Position numbers and translations under genes: made by a program
Notes under the pieces: model-generated
Databases searched by the model: none
Told to the model about the DNA's origin: nothing
Seen by the model: the letters and a program-made list of their open reading frames with translations, nothing else
In this document: positions 48,229 to 58,415 of the stretch, piece by piece
Position numbering within the stretch: position 1 is the stretch's first letter
Layout of the letters: each line of letters starts with the position of its first letter
Origin: Candidatus Bathyarchaeota archaeon
GTDB taxonomy: Archaea > Thermoproteota > Bathyarchaeia > Bathyarchaeales > Bathycorpusculaceae
Length of the DNA: 64,000 bases
Direction of reading: 5' to 3'
Assembly: GCA_963767735.1 (NCBI GenBank)
Contig: CAVYES010000007.1
Location: 224,001 to 288,000, forward strand

Positions 48229-49455
48229 CTACCTGATTAGAAGTAAAGCTAACAGTAAAGCTGATGAGGTCACTATGGTTGCTAATGACGTTTCAAGTGG
48301 GATAACAAAATTATCAGGATTCAAGCCTCTTTTGAATGTTAATATCGCGATACCGAAAGATAAAAGCACTATACCTGTGACGCCAATTATGTTAGATAAC
48401 CAAATTATTATCATAAAATTAAGCACGCTTGATAGTGGAAATACACGGTTAATTGCTAGAGATATTAGGGCTAAAACGGTGGATATTAAAAGTGAGGCTG
48501 TCCATGCGCTGGTTATGTTTTTGGTATGGTTTTTTATCGAAGAGAAAGAGGGCTTGAGTAAACCTAAAGCGAGCTTAGTATTAGCGGTGGAGCCTACAAC
48601 TGAGCCGACATTACTTACCATGTTAATTAAGGCTGGATAAATAGTGTAAATTTCTTTCTGGTTTTTTGCAGCATTACTTATTCCTTTAAAAACGGTTCCC
48701 GTTAGGGTTAGAATTACGGATACAAACATTAGCATAATGAGGGATTCCTTTATGGTTCTCAGGAATTCGGGTTCCTGCTTGTCTTGCAATACCAGATATA
48801 GAACGAGAAACACGTGTGTAAGACCGATAGCTAGAATCACTAATTTGCCGAAAAATGGCAAAAAGAAAAACAAGTTTAACACCCCGATATAACAGAGGGT
48901 TATGAAAATGATGGCTGCCGTAGAAATTATTGGATAAACTACGATGTCAGGGTCTAATCCTCGTTTGAAAGAAACGAAAGCAACCTTGATCGTTATTAAA
49001 GAAAAAAGCAGACCTATCGCTAATGTTGAAACCAAGACTGCTACTATAGCTGGGAAATCAGCCACAGTAATGCCCAAGAGCAAGTAACCGAAAAGAAAAG
49101 AAATTAAGCTAACCGTAAGGCTTGTTACTAAAGTTAATACAATTACGGCATGAATTAGTTTATGGAAGCTATTTGTATTTCCAGAAAAACGAGGGTGAAT
49201 CGTGCCAAGACGCAAGGCCGTGCTTAAGCGGCCACTAAGTAAACCGTTAATTATTCTTAAACTTATCAGCGCTGGATAAAGAGCAAAGGCCCAAGGTGAG
49301 AGCCTGAAAACATTAAGTTGGTAAGCAATAAGAAAACCGGCAATTAATCCAGCTATGTCAAATGAGTAAGCTAACGCTGTCTCCTTGAACATTCCCCAGA
49401 AATTTCCATAAAGGCTGTCATTTGAAATTCTGGTTGACCTCCTAAAGTTCGTCAA
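48229..49455 (-). CDS. mgtE: MgtE-family divalent cation transporter (duplicated membrane domain, archaeal type)
   Basis: About 12 TM helices; SGRLSTALRLG, GLDPDIVVYPI, GLNPDNFVIPLETS. Confidence 0.82.
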   Translation of the reverse strand: MTNFRRSTRISNDSLYGNFWGMFKETALAYSFDIAGLIAGFLIAYQLNVFRLSPWAFALYPALISLRIINGLLSGRLSTALRLGTIHPRFSGNTNSFHKLIHAVIVLTLVTSLTVSLISFLFGYLLLGITVADFPAIVAVLVSTLAIGLLFSLITIKVAFVSFKRGLDPDIVVYPIISTAAIIFITLCYIGVLNLFFFLPFFGKLVILAIGLTHVFLVLYLVLQDKQEPEFLRTIKESLIMLMFVSVILTLTGTVFKGISNAAKNQKEIYTIYPALINMVSNVGSVVGSTANTKLALGLLKPSFSSIKNHTKNITSAWTASLLISTVLALISLAINRVFPLSSVLNFMIIIWLSNIIGVTGIVLLSFGIAILTFKRGLNPDNFVIPLETSLATIVTSSALLLALLLIR

Positions 49456-49591
49456 AAAGGAGTTTTTTTATGGGTAATCTGAGAAAATTATTGGTTAAGG
49501 TAAGATTGGAATTAAAGTGTCTTTTAATTGTATTCAAAGCTGCTGCTATGTGAGCATATTTAGGATTTGCTGATTTGTGGACTCCCGTCAT
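49442..49591 (-). CDS. Short upstream ORF (49 aa) overlapping the mgtE start
   Basis: MTGVHKSANPKYAHIAAALNTIKRHFNSNLTLTNNFLRLPIKKLLFDEL*; GTGATGG upstream and TATTTAAG at 49698-49705. Confidence 0.35.
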   Translation of the reverse strand: MTGVHKSANPKYAHIAAALNTIKRHFNSNLTLTNNFLRLPIKKLLFDEL

Positions 49592-49878
49592 GTTTAATCG
49601 CCATCACGATTTTGTTTGGCGGTCCACGGTCCAAGTAGCGATGGGGCTGCCAAAGCCGTTTTAACTGCCAATTAACGTTTTTGGAAGGGAGCTATGTCTT
49701 AAATAGTTTCTGTCGCAGCCAATTTTCGGCTAAAAGGCTTTTCTTAGTAGAGCTGATCCGAAAACACCGATGCTTTATTTTATTTGACATTTCTTCTCGA
49801 CTTTGCCCTCGTATTGCAAGGAACTGTTTTTAAATATGATGTTTCTGGTAATGATAGAACGATTTCACTCTTGGCCGA

Positions 49879-52800
49879 GTGAGCACTGGCGAGAGACCCG
49901 TGGCAAATGGAGTTCAACCCAATCCAGAAATATTCACCGTAAAAGAAAACGTGCCATTAGCGCAGCCTCCCGTAACCTCAGAAGAAGTTTTGACTCTGCC
50001 AACAGACGAGTTATTATCTCGACTTGGAACTTCATCTCAGGGTTTAAGCTCCCAAGAAGCAGAACAGAATCTAAATATTTATGGCACGAACGAATTAGCA
50101 CGAAAGAGGAAACGTTCGGGTATCGTCAGTTTTCTACTTCATTTCAAAAGCCCCCTGATTATCATACTTTTGTTTGCGGCTGGGCTTGCTGGCGCAACTG
50201 GCGATGTTGCAGACTTTAGTATAATAGTTGTAATCGTGTTAATCAGCGTCATTATTGATCATTATCAAGAATCCAAAGCAGAAAACGCTGCTGAACTTCT
50301 CAAAGAAAAAGTAAGTACGACAGCCACCGTGCTTCGTGATAAAATTAAGACAGAGCTTAAACTTTCTCAAATAGTTCCCGGCGACATAGTTTACCTCTCA
50401 GCTGGAGATATCGTACCCGCAGATTCGAGAATAATTACCGGTAAAGATCTTTTCATAAATCAAAGCAGTTTAACTGGTGAATCGTTCCCTGTTGAAAAGA
50501 CAGCCAACAAATTAGAGTCAATAAACATAGCGTATAGTTCGATTACTGAATGGAACAATTATCTGTTCATGGGCACTTCGGTTGTAAGTGGCAGCGCAAC
50601 GGCAGTCGTTGCGAGAACTGGTGGCTCCACAGAATACGGAAAAATCGCTAAGAAACTCGTTGCAAAGCCCCCAGAAACAGAATTTGAGCGCGGCGTAAAA
50701 GGGTTCAGTTACCTTATCATGCAGGTCACGTTCGTATTGATTATCTTTGTTTTTATTGTGCTTGCTCTGTTTCACAGAGGGATAGTTGAATCGCTTCTTT
50801 TCTCAGCTGCCTTGGCAGTAGGGTTGACCCCAGAACTTCTACCGATGATCATCACGATGAACCTTTCTAAGGGCGCTGTAAACATGTCAAAAAAAGGCGT
50901 AATAGTGAAACATCTGCCGTCCATAGAAAATTTCGGCAGCATGAACGTTTTATGCACGGATAAAACAGGAACTCTGACGGAAAACCGCATATCGCTTGTG
51001 CTGCATGTTGATTCAGAAGGCAATGATGATGATAAGGTGTTTTTGTATTCTTATTTGAACAGCTATTATGAAACTGGACTGAAAAGCCCTCTTGACGAGG
51101 CAATCCTATCGCATAAAGAGATTAAAGTTGAGGGTTTCCAAAAAATCGATGAAGTCCCATTTGATTTTGTCCGAAGACGCGTTTCTGTTGTGGTTGAACA
51201 GGAAAGAGAAAGATTCTTCATAGCAAAGGGTGCTCCAGAAGATATACTGAAAATCTCAAATTACTGCGAAATAGGCGGTATCATTCAGGATATTAGTGAA
51301 GAACTGCGGAAAAAGATTGAGCAAAAATACTTTGACCTGAGCGCTGAAGGCTTAAGAGCCTTGGGTGTAGCATACAAAAAACTCAGGGAAGACAAAGCCG
51401 TCTACTCGGTTAACGATGAAAACGACATGGTGTTTCTGGGCTTCGTCGCTTTCCTTGACCCTCCAAAAGAAACAACAAAAGAGTCACTTCGACTACTTGC
51501 CAAAGAGGGAATAGAACTAAAGATCTTAACTGGCGACAACGAGCTAGTTACCAGAAAAGTTTGTGAACAACTTGGTTTCGAGATTAAAGGGGTTGTTCTC
51601 GGAAATGACATGATCCAAATGCACGATGACGCCTTAGCTCGAGTTGTGGAAGAAGCCAACGTATTCGCACGCGTAACTCCAGTACAAAAAGACCGCATAA
51701 TTAATTTGTTGAAAAGCAATGGTCATGTTGTTGGCTTCATGGGCGACGGCATTAACGATGCTCCTTCCCTGAAAACATCGGATGTGGGCGTTTCCGTTAA
51801 CAACGCTGTGGATGTCGCGAAAGAATCAGCAGATATTATACTTCTAGAAAACGACTTGACAGTACTAGCTGAAGGTGTTATCGAGGGAAGAAAAACCTTC
51901 GGCAACACCATGAAATACGTAATGATGGGAATTAGCTCAAACTTCGGCAACATGTTCAGCGTTGCGGGTGCAGCATTATTTTTGCCCTTCCTGCCAATGT
52001 TACCCATACAAATTTTGTTAAACAATCTACTGTATACGCTCTCGCAAACAACAATAGCTACAGATAATGTTGATGAAGAATACATTGAGCGCCCCAAAAG
52101 ATGGGATATTTCCTTCATCAGAAACTTCATGGTGGTGGAGGGTCCATTGAGCTCGATTTTTGATTATGCCACGTTCTTTACGATGGCTTTTGTGTTTGGT
52201 GTTCCTATCACTGCCGCTGCTGGCGCGGGTCTTTCGCCAAAAACGCTCGCAAACCTGCAATCGCAATTCCAAACTGCATGGTTCGTAGAATCACTTTGTA
52301 CGCAAACTTTGGTTGTGTTCGTTATTCGTACGAGGCAGTCGCCGTTCTGGAAAAGCAAACCCGGGAAGTATCTGATGATAAGCTGCTTCTCAGTGGTTGC
52401 TTCAGCCTTCATAATACCCTACACGCCGTTGGGTCCAGTGTTCAAATTCGCGCCGCCTCCACCGTTATTCTACGCCTTCCTAGCGCTCTTTATCGTTGTC
52501 TACCTGTTCCTGGCCGAATTTGTTAAGAGATGGTTCTACAGACGGCATGCTTTCAGAATTGAGCAGGCGTTGGTTCCGAAAAGAAAAACCCTCTATCTGA
52601 GCAAGAGTGCACAGTTAGTGCAGGATGTAGCTGCCGTGGTATGTTTGCGTGAAGAGAACGAGATTTCTTTTGATTCTCTAATTGAAGACTTATCAAGAAG
52701 TCTAAGCTACCCCATTGATTCAGACCGTGTATATCAGAGCCTGCAGTATCTTCGTCGTGGAGGATTAATCGATGTTGATTGGCACAGTCGAAGAATCAAA

Positions 52801-52962
52801 AGGTCAGCGTCTATCAAAGAGTACATCACAAAACGCGTCGCAACCAGCCCAACATGGACGTTGGCATATGATGATTGGCTCCGCATATACAGGGCAATTC
52901 AAGACAAATACGGCAAAACCAACCCTGACTTCCAAGAACTTTTCTTGCCAAGGCAACGTTAG
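49879..52962 (+). CDS. mgtA: Mg2+-importing P-type ATPase (P3B) with ~120-aa C-terminal extension
   Basis: Same P3B motifs as 38410-41007 (PELLPM, DKTGTLT, GDGINDAP, SSNFGN), plus a tail ISFDSLIEDLSRS...VYQSLQYLRRGGLIDVDW. Confidence 0.92.
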   Translation: MSTGERPVANGVQPNPEIFTVKENVPLAQPPVTSEEVLTLPTDELLSRLGTSSQGLSSQEAEQNLNIYGTNELARKRKRSGIVSFLLHFKSPLIIILLFAAGLAGATGDVADFSIIVVIVLISVIIDHYQESKAENAAELLKEKVSTTATVLRDKIKTELKLSQIVPGDIVYLSAGDIVPADSRIITGKDLFINQSSLTGESFPVEKTANKLESINIAYSSITEWNNYLFMGTSVVSGSATAVVARTGGSTEYGKIAKKLVAKPPETEFERGVKGFSYLIMQVTFVLIIFVFIVLALFHRGIVESLLFSAALAVGLTPELLPMIITMNLSKGAVNMSKKGVIVKHLPSIENFGSMNVLCTDKTGTLTENRISLVLHVDSEGNDDDKVFLYSYLNSYYETGLKSPLDEAILSHKEIKVEGFQKIDEVPFDFVRRRVSVVVEQERERFFIAKGAPEDILKISNYCEIGGIIQDISEELRKKIEQKYFDLSAEGLRALGVAYKKLREDKAVYSVNDENDMVFLGFVAFLDPPKETTKESLRLLAKEGIELKILTGDNELVTRKVCEQLGFEIKGVVLGNDMIQMHDDALARVVEEANVFARVTPVQKDRIINLLKSNGHVVGFMGDGINDAPSLKTSDVGVSVNNAVDVAKESADIILLENDLTVLAEGVIEGRKTFGNTMKYVMMGISSNFGNMFSVAGAALFLPFLPMLPIQILLNNLLYTLSQTTIATDNVDEEYIERPKRWDISFIRNFMVVEGPLSSIFDYATFFTMAFVFGVPITAAAGAGLSPKTLANLQSQFQTAWFVESLCTQTLVVFVIRTRQSPFWKSKPGKYLMISCFSVVASAFIIPYTPLGPVFKFAPPPPLFYAFLALFIVVYLFLAEFVKRWFYRRHAFRIEQALVPKRKTLYLSKSAQLVQDVAAVVCLREENEISFDSLIEDLSRSLSYPIDSDRVYQSLQYLRRGGLIDVDWHSRRIKRSASIKEYITKRVATSPTWTLAYDDWLRIYRAIQDKYGKTNPDFQELFLPRQR

Positions 52963-53156
52963 AATCTGGTTTGGCGCTATCATACTCGCACGGCGCTATC
53001 AAGAGAAATCGCCTTGCAACGTGCGCTGACAAGATTTGCTGATGAAATATTCTGGGTTAACTGCGTTGTTGTAGAACTGCAACATTAGACTTTTCATGAA
53101 GCATAGAAACAGAGATAAAAATTACAAAAGAAAATTGTTTGTTCGGCGAGAGGTGT

Positions 53157-53285
53157 TTATTTCTTGCCTTTCGTGTGTTTTGCTGGAAGCGAAACCTGCT
53201 TTTTCTCTTTTCGTTTCATATCCTTTTCGCGTTGAAGTTTCTTATGTTGTTCAAGTCCTTCAGCTTTCTTTGCTTTCTTAGACAA
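53157..53285 (-). CDS. Small lysine-rich protein (42 aa)
   Basis: MSKKAKKAEGLEQHKKLQREKDMKRKEKKQVSLPAKHTKGKK; TTG start with AAGGTTGA RBS-like site; U-rich tract downstream. Confidence 0.6.
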   Translation of the reverse strand: MSKKAKKAEGLEQHKKLQREKDMKRKEKKQVSLPAKHTKGKK

Positions 53286-53523
53286 ATTTATCAACCTTTA
53301 CAAGCAGTATAATAAAACCTACTCTTAGACCTTACCCTCCCTTATATGCCCAAACAAAATGGCGAAAAGGAAAATAACGAGCTATACCAGAATTAACGCG
53401 AACCTGTACGGCTCAATGCTCACTTTTCTTTCTGACTCAAAAATTAATGCGCCCCTCAACGTGAATTCGGGTATTTTAAAGCATCAAACAATAAATAAAA
53501 GTTAATCAAATAGTAATTTTCAC

Positions 53524-54036
53524 GTGAAAACTATGCGGTTTGAATGCGGTGGCTGCAAGAAATCCTTTTCTGGTTCAGGCTTAGTTGTGTCTTCAACAAA
53601 TGGGGAAAAGAAGACTTACTGTGCGGATTGTTTTTGGGTGCTAAAGAAGGAATATGAAAAGAAGAAAACTTGTGAGGACTGCGGCTCCTTTGATGAGGAT
53701 TCATGCAAGAAGACTGGCAGAGCCTTGGTGCCTGTGAAGGCGGGGTTTAACACGTATTTTGTTCAGGCAGAAACCTGCAAAGACTTCTCCACCGAGAAAA
53801 AAGCAAATCCTGACAAAAAGAAAGATAAAGAATTAACCCCGGTGCAAAAAGAATCAGATGCCCTCATCAAGAACCTATCCAAGAAAGGACAAACCCTAAC
53901 CTACCACTGCTGCCACTGTGGAGCCCCCCTGAAAATCGGCGCAAAAGCAACCGAAATCCAAAAAACCTGCCCCAGATGCAAAGGCGACCTCGAAATTATT
54001 AACCTCTCCAAATTCATCAAACAACACCAATCATAA
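53524..54036 (+). CDS. Multi-Zn-finger hypothetical protein
   Basis: CGGC...CADC, CEDC...C...C and CCHC...CPRC motifs. Confidence 0.75.
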   Translation: MKTMRFECGGCKKSFSGSGLVVSSTNGEKKTYCADCFWVLKKEYEKKKTCEDCGSFDEDSCKKTGRALVPVKAGFNTYFVQAETCKDFSTEKKANPDKKKDKELTPVQKESDALIKNLSKKGQTLTYHCCHCGAPLKIGAKATEIQKTCPRCKGDLEIINLSKFIKQHQS

Positions 54037-54132
54037 AGACAAACCTAAAAACAGAAGTTCAAAGCTAACATATCAAAAGGAACAAAGCTACCCGTTTCAA
54101 CGAAAAAAATTTTAGCTTGCTAACTCTTCATA

Positions 54133-54687
54133 GTGATTGTGCCTGCCATGACCAAATGGTTTTCGAGATGGCTTTCGAGACGCTTCGTTCTTTCGGTAGT
54201 TATTATTTTCGTTTTGATATATGCGACAATGTATTTCTCTTCTGTTTTAGCGTATAATAACTCTTTTTCTCCTGCTGGAGTAGCCGCAGCCAACCAAACT
54301 TCACAAAATATTCAGCAGATACGGCAAACCGCCACTGGGTTAAGCATATTTGTTCATAATTTTGAAACAAGCATTTGGGTGATCATTCCTATTGGTTTTT
54401 TAGGTTTTTTTGTAGTGATATGGAACACTGGGCAAACCATTGGCAGGTTGGCTTATTCGGCGGGCTACAGTCCACTTGCATATTTAGGGAGCATCAGCGT
54501 TCCTGTGGGTCTTATTGAAATGTCGGCGTACTCGATTTTGGCTGCTGAAAGCCTCTACCTGACTTACCTGTGGTTTAGGGGCAGAAGCGTAAAAGAACGT
54601 TTACTGCATGACTCATGGAAAAGCGTTATTTTATATGTCGCAGTACTGTTGGTAGCGGCATATTTGGAAGCAGCATTGATTGCCTGA
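54133..54687 (+). CDS. SpoIIM/DUF95-like membrane protein
   Basis: IFVHN, NTG..IG, P.G.IE..A, C-terminal LLVAAYLEA. Confidence 0.72.
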   Translation: MIVPAMTKWFSRWLSRRFVLSVVIIFVLIYATMYFSSVLAYNNSFSPAGVAAANQTSQNIQQIRQTATGLSIFVHNFETSIWVIIPIGFLGFFVVIWNTGQTIGRLAYSAGYSPLAYLGSISVPVGLIEMSAYSILAAESLYLTYLWFRGRSVKERLLHDSWKSVILYVAVLLVAAYLEAALIA

Positions 54688-54855
54688 AGAGACCAGTCGA
54701 CGCCTAAACTCCCAGATTCACCGTTTTTCCACACCGCTTAAATTCAAAATTTATCAAGCGGCACATCTTCTGCTAAAAAGTCAAGTCCCGTAGAATTTAC
54801 ACCCATATAAGGGGCTTTTGCTTTGTATTGAAATATAAACGGAGCAAGAAACAAG

Positions 54856-56265
54856 ATGACGAATGTGCGCAAGGAAACAGACAGTCTCGGCGAAGTAGAT
54901 GTTCCTGCTGACAAACTCTGGGGTGCCCAAACCCAACGTTCACTGGAGCACTTCAGCATTGGCACGGACCTGGTTCCCCGTGAAATGATTTCTGCGTATG
55001 CAATATTGAAGAAAGCTGCTGCCCACGTGAACCATGCTGACGGACGGCTTGACGAGCAGCGTTGCAAGCTAATTGTTCAGGTCTGTGACGAGATTCTCGC
55101 TGGCAAGCATCATGACATGTTTCCGTTGCACGTTTGGATGACGGGAAGCGGCACACAGTTCAATATGAATGTGAACGAGGTAATCTCTAACCGCTGCTGC
55201 CAACTCGCCGGCACACCACTTGGAAGTAAGACTCCTGTTCACCCCAATGATCACGTCAATATGGCGCAGTCGTCAAACGACACATTTCCATCTGCAATGT
55301 GCATTGCGGCAGCCGTAAATGTAAAGGAGAAACTAATTCCCGCCGTGAAGGCGCTGCAGGACTCGATTTCGGCGAAAGCTGAGCAGTGGAAAGACATCAT
55401 CAAGATTGGCCGCACCCACATGCAGGATGCAACACCAATCACGCTCGGACAGGAATGGTCTGGGTATGCGGGCATGCTTGAGGACAATCTCAAAAGAATT
55501 GAAGATGCCCTGGACGGAGTCTACCGCCTCGCACTCGGCGGTACAGCAGTGGGCACAGGCATCAATTCGGAGCCCGGCTTCGGTGAAGCTGCTGCCAAAG
55601 AAATCGCCAAGCTCACTAGTCTGCCGTTTGTAAGCGCACCAAACAAATTCACGGTGCAGGGGGCGCATGATGATCTGGTACAGCTTTCCGGCACGCTACG
55701 TACGGTGGCTGTGTCTCTCTACAAGATAGCCAACGACATTAGGCTAATGTCATGTGGTCCCCGGGCAGGCTTTGCTGAATTATTGATCCCTGAAAACGAG
55801 CCAGGCTCATCAATTATGCCGGGCAAGGTAAACCCAACCCAGGCTGAGGCGCTGACCATGGTAGCCGTTCAGGTGATGGCGAACGATGTCGCTGTAGGCT
55901 TCGGAGGCGCTGGTGGTTATCTCGAAATGAACGTCTACAAGCCACTAATTATTTTCAATGTTAGCAACTCAATCACGATAATTGCCGACGGGTGCACGAA
56001 CTTCCGCAAGTTCCTCATCGAGGGAACACAGCCGAACCTGAAGAAGATTAAGGAGTACGTAGGCCGCTCATTGATGCTCGTGACAGCACTGGCTCCAGTG
56101 ATAGGCTATGATAAGGCATCAAAGATCGCACACTACGCAATGGACAATGACCTCACTTTGAAAGAGGCTGCACTAAAACTGGGCTTGGTAACAGAAGAAG
56201 AGTATGATCGCATCGTTGATCCGGCGAAAATGGTTAGACCATACATCGCAACAGACAAGCAATAA
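54856..56265 (+). CDS. fumC: Class II fumarate hydratase
   Basis: [42 protein letters not shown], signature [11 protein letters not shown]. Confidence 0.95.
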   Translation: MTNVRKETDSLGEVDVPADKLWGAQTQRSLEHFSIGTDLVPREMISAYAILKKAAAHVNHADGRLDEQRCKLIVQVCDEILAGKHHDMFPLHVWMTGSGTQFNMNVNEVISNRCCQLAGTPLGSKTPVHPNDHVNMAQSSNDTFPSAMCIAAAVNVKEKLIPAVKALQDSISAKAEQWKDIIKIGRTHMQDATPITLGQEWSGYAGMLEDNLKRIEDALDGVYRLALGGTAVGTGINSEPGFGEAAAKEIAKLTSLPFVSAPNKFTVQGAHDDLVQLSGTLRTVAVSLYKIANDIRLMSCGPRAGFAELLIPENEPGSSIMPGKVNPTQAEALTMVAVQVMANDVAVGFGGAGGYLEMNVYKPLIIFNVSNSITIIADGCTNFRKFLIEGTQPNLKKIKEYVGRSLMLVTALAPVIGYDKASKIAHYAMDNDLTLKEAALKLGLVTEEEYDRIVDPAKMVRPYIATDKQ

Positions 56266-56351
56266 CAAGCTAGAACAGTTCAAGCAAATCCTTTACTAAC
56301 ACTAAGTCAATAATTTCATAGAGGCACCAAATTTTTAGGAAAGGTAATTGA

Positions 56352-57995
56352 ATGGATAATACCGGTAAGCGTGGAATAGAGTTACTTCGGGACCCTTTCC
56401 TCAATAAGTCTACTGGGTTTAACGAAGTCGAGAAAGAGAAGTTAGGTTTGGTTGGTCTCGTCCCCGATGTCACAGAAAACGAGGAGCTGCAACTTCAACG
56501 CGTCATGATGCAACTTGGCCACAAGAACACTGACCTTGATCGTTATATCTACCTTGTGAATTTACTTGACCACAACGAAACGCTCTTCTACAGAACCATC
56601 ATGTCTGATCCGGCACGCTTTCTACCAATAGTGTACGACCCAACCATCGGCGAGGCATGCCTCAAATTCGGCCATATCTACCGCCAGCCTCGAGGCATGT
56701 ATCTCTCAATTAAGCGCCGCGGCAAAGTGAAGGAGATCCTGAAGAACTGGTCACAGAAAGATATTCGGTTCATCTGCGTTACTGACGGCGGGAGAATCCT
56801 CGGTCTTGGAGACCTTGGGGCAAACGGCGCAGGAATCCCCATCGGCAAACTTGAACTATACACCGCTTGCGCCGGTGTCCCTCCGCAGTACCTGCTGCCA
56901 ATGTTCCTTGACGCGGGCACCAACAATGAGCAGTACCTACACGACCCCCTCTATCTAGGGTTACGTGAAACGCGTCCACCGACCGTGGATCTTTTCTCGT
57001 TTGTCGATGAGTTTGTCGAGGCGGTACAGGAGGTGTTTCCGAAGTGCTGCATCCACTTTGAAGATTGGACGGGAGTAGATGCGATACATCTGCTTCAGCG
57101 CTACCGCGACAAATATTGCGTCTATAACGACGATGTTCAAGGCACGGCTGCGATTGTACTTGCAGGCATGATTAACGCAACCAGGCTCAAGGACACAAAA
57201 CTCAAAGACGAGAAATACCTGTTCCTCGGCGCGGGCTCCGCTGGTATCGGTCTCGCCAACCTGCTGTGTTCGGCGCTCGTTACCCAAGGCATGTCACTTA
57301 CGGAGGCTCAGTCCCGGGTGTACATGTTTGACATTAACGGTCTGTTGGAGACGTCTCGCAAAGACCTCGTTGACTTTCAGAAGCCATATGCTCATCAGCA
57401 CGCGCCAACCCGAGATTTCCTTGCTGCTCTAGAGAGCATAAAGCCAACCACGATCATCGGCACCAGTACTGTTGGAGGAGCCTTCACACAAAAAGTCGTT
57501 GAGAGCATCTCGAGTATCAACGAACGACCTGTGATTCTTGCGTTGTCGAACCCGACCGAGCGTGCTGAATGCACTCCTGAGCAAGCCTACACCTGGTCAA
57601 AGGGCAAGGCAATCTATGCTGCCGGCGTGCAGTTTGCCCCAGTCAGCTACAACGGTCAGACGTTTCTGCCAGGTCAGGCCAACAACTTCTACATTTTCCC
57701 AGCGGTCGGTATGGCAATCTTCGCGACTCAAGCGAGCAGGGTTTCGGATGAGATGTTTATTGAAGCTGGACAGGCGGTTGCCGATCAGGTGCAACCTGAG
57801 TTGCTCAAGCAGGGCCTTCTGTACCCGTTGCAAGCGAACATTTTGGAGACCGAAATCCAGACCGCCGCACGAGTAGCAAAGCTTGTCTTCGACTCCGATT
57901 TGGCTAGGGTCGCTCGACCCGCCGATATGGTGGCTTTCATCCGTCAGCACGTCTATAAGCCAGAATACTCAAACGAAGCCCAGTTCGTTAAGTGA
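56352..57995 (+). CDS. maeA: Large-subunit NAD(P)-dependent malic enzyme (MaeA/SfcA type)
   Basis: PIVYDPT.G.AC, VTDG.RILGLGDLG, DPLYLG, FED, NDDVQGT, GAGSAG, LSNPT..AEC, GQANN.YIFP. Confidence 0.92.
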   Translation: MDNTGKRGIELLRDPFLNKSTGFNEVEKEKLGLVGLVPDVTENEELQLQRVMMQLGHKNTDLDRYIYLVNLLDHNETLFYRTIMSDPARFLPIVYDPTIGEACLKFGHIYRQPRGMYLSIKRRGKVKEILKNWSQKDIRFICVTDGGRILGLGDLGANGAGIPIGKLELYTACAGVPPQYLLPMFLDAGTNNEQYLHDPLYLGLRETRPPTVDLFSFVDEFVEAVQEVFPKCCIHFEDWTGVDAIHLLQRYRDKYCVYNDDVQGTAAIVLAGMINATRLKDTKLKDEKYLFLGAGSAGIGLANLLCSALVTQGMSLTEAQSRVYMFDINGLLETSRKDLVDFQKPYAHQHAPTRDFLAALESIKPTTIIGTSTVGGAFTQKVVESISSINERPVILALSNPTERAECTPEQAYTWSKGKAIYAAGVQFAPVSYNGQTFLPGQANNFYIFPAVGMAIFATQASRVSDEMFIEAGQAVADQVQPELLKQGLLYPLQANILETEIQTAARVAKLVFDSDLARVARPADMVAFIRQHVYKPEYSNEAQFVK

Positions 57996-58039
57996 AAGTT
58001 TTTATGTGCTGCGATTATGAATTTTTGGTGTGATACGAA

Positions 58040-58198
58040 ATGTCAAGTGAAATGGATAAAATTAAGAAAAGACTTGATGAGCTTGAAGCAAATGTAAAAA
58101 AGCATACTTCTACAGCGGCGCATGATGATAAGAAAAGAATTGACGAGTTAGATGCCCGAGTGAAAGCTTTAGAGGAAAAAGCCAAAAAGAAACTGTAA
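58040..58198 (+). CDS. Small coiled-coil protein (52 aa)
   Basis: MSSEMDKIKKRLDELEANVKKHTSTAAHDDKKRIDELDARVKALEEKAKKKL; GGTGTGA RBS; oligo-T tracts downstream. Confidence 0.7.
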   Translation: MSSEMDKIKKRLDELEANVKKHTSTAAHDDKKRIDELDARVKALEEKAKKKL

Positions 58199-58415
58199 TT
58201 CTCTTAAGCAGCTTTTTTCCCTCAAGTCCTTTTTTCTTGTATGAAATTTAATTCTTGAAGTGGGTGACTGCAATTTTTCTAAGAAATCACCTTCGAATTA
58301 GGGTACATCTTGCGTTTACTATCTCTTTCAGCGGCGAGCGCTTTCCAGAATGAAAACATATTAAGACTCAAAGAATTATTATGTAAATAGTTCAAGTTTT
58401 CAGCTGGTTTTTGTT

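Noticed and set aside
53096-53281. Track ORF 53096-53281 (+) and the many short antisense ORFs inside long genes
   Set aside because: They lie antisense to better-supported genes, have no motifs and are explained by the codon bias of the real strand.
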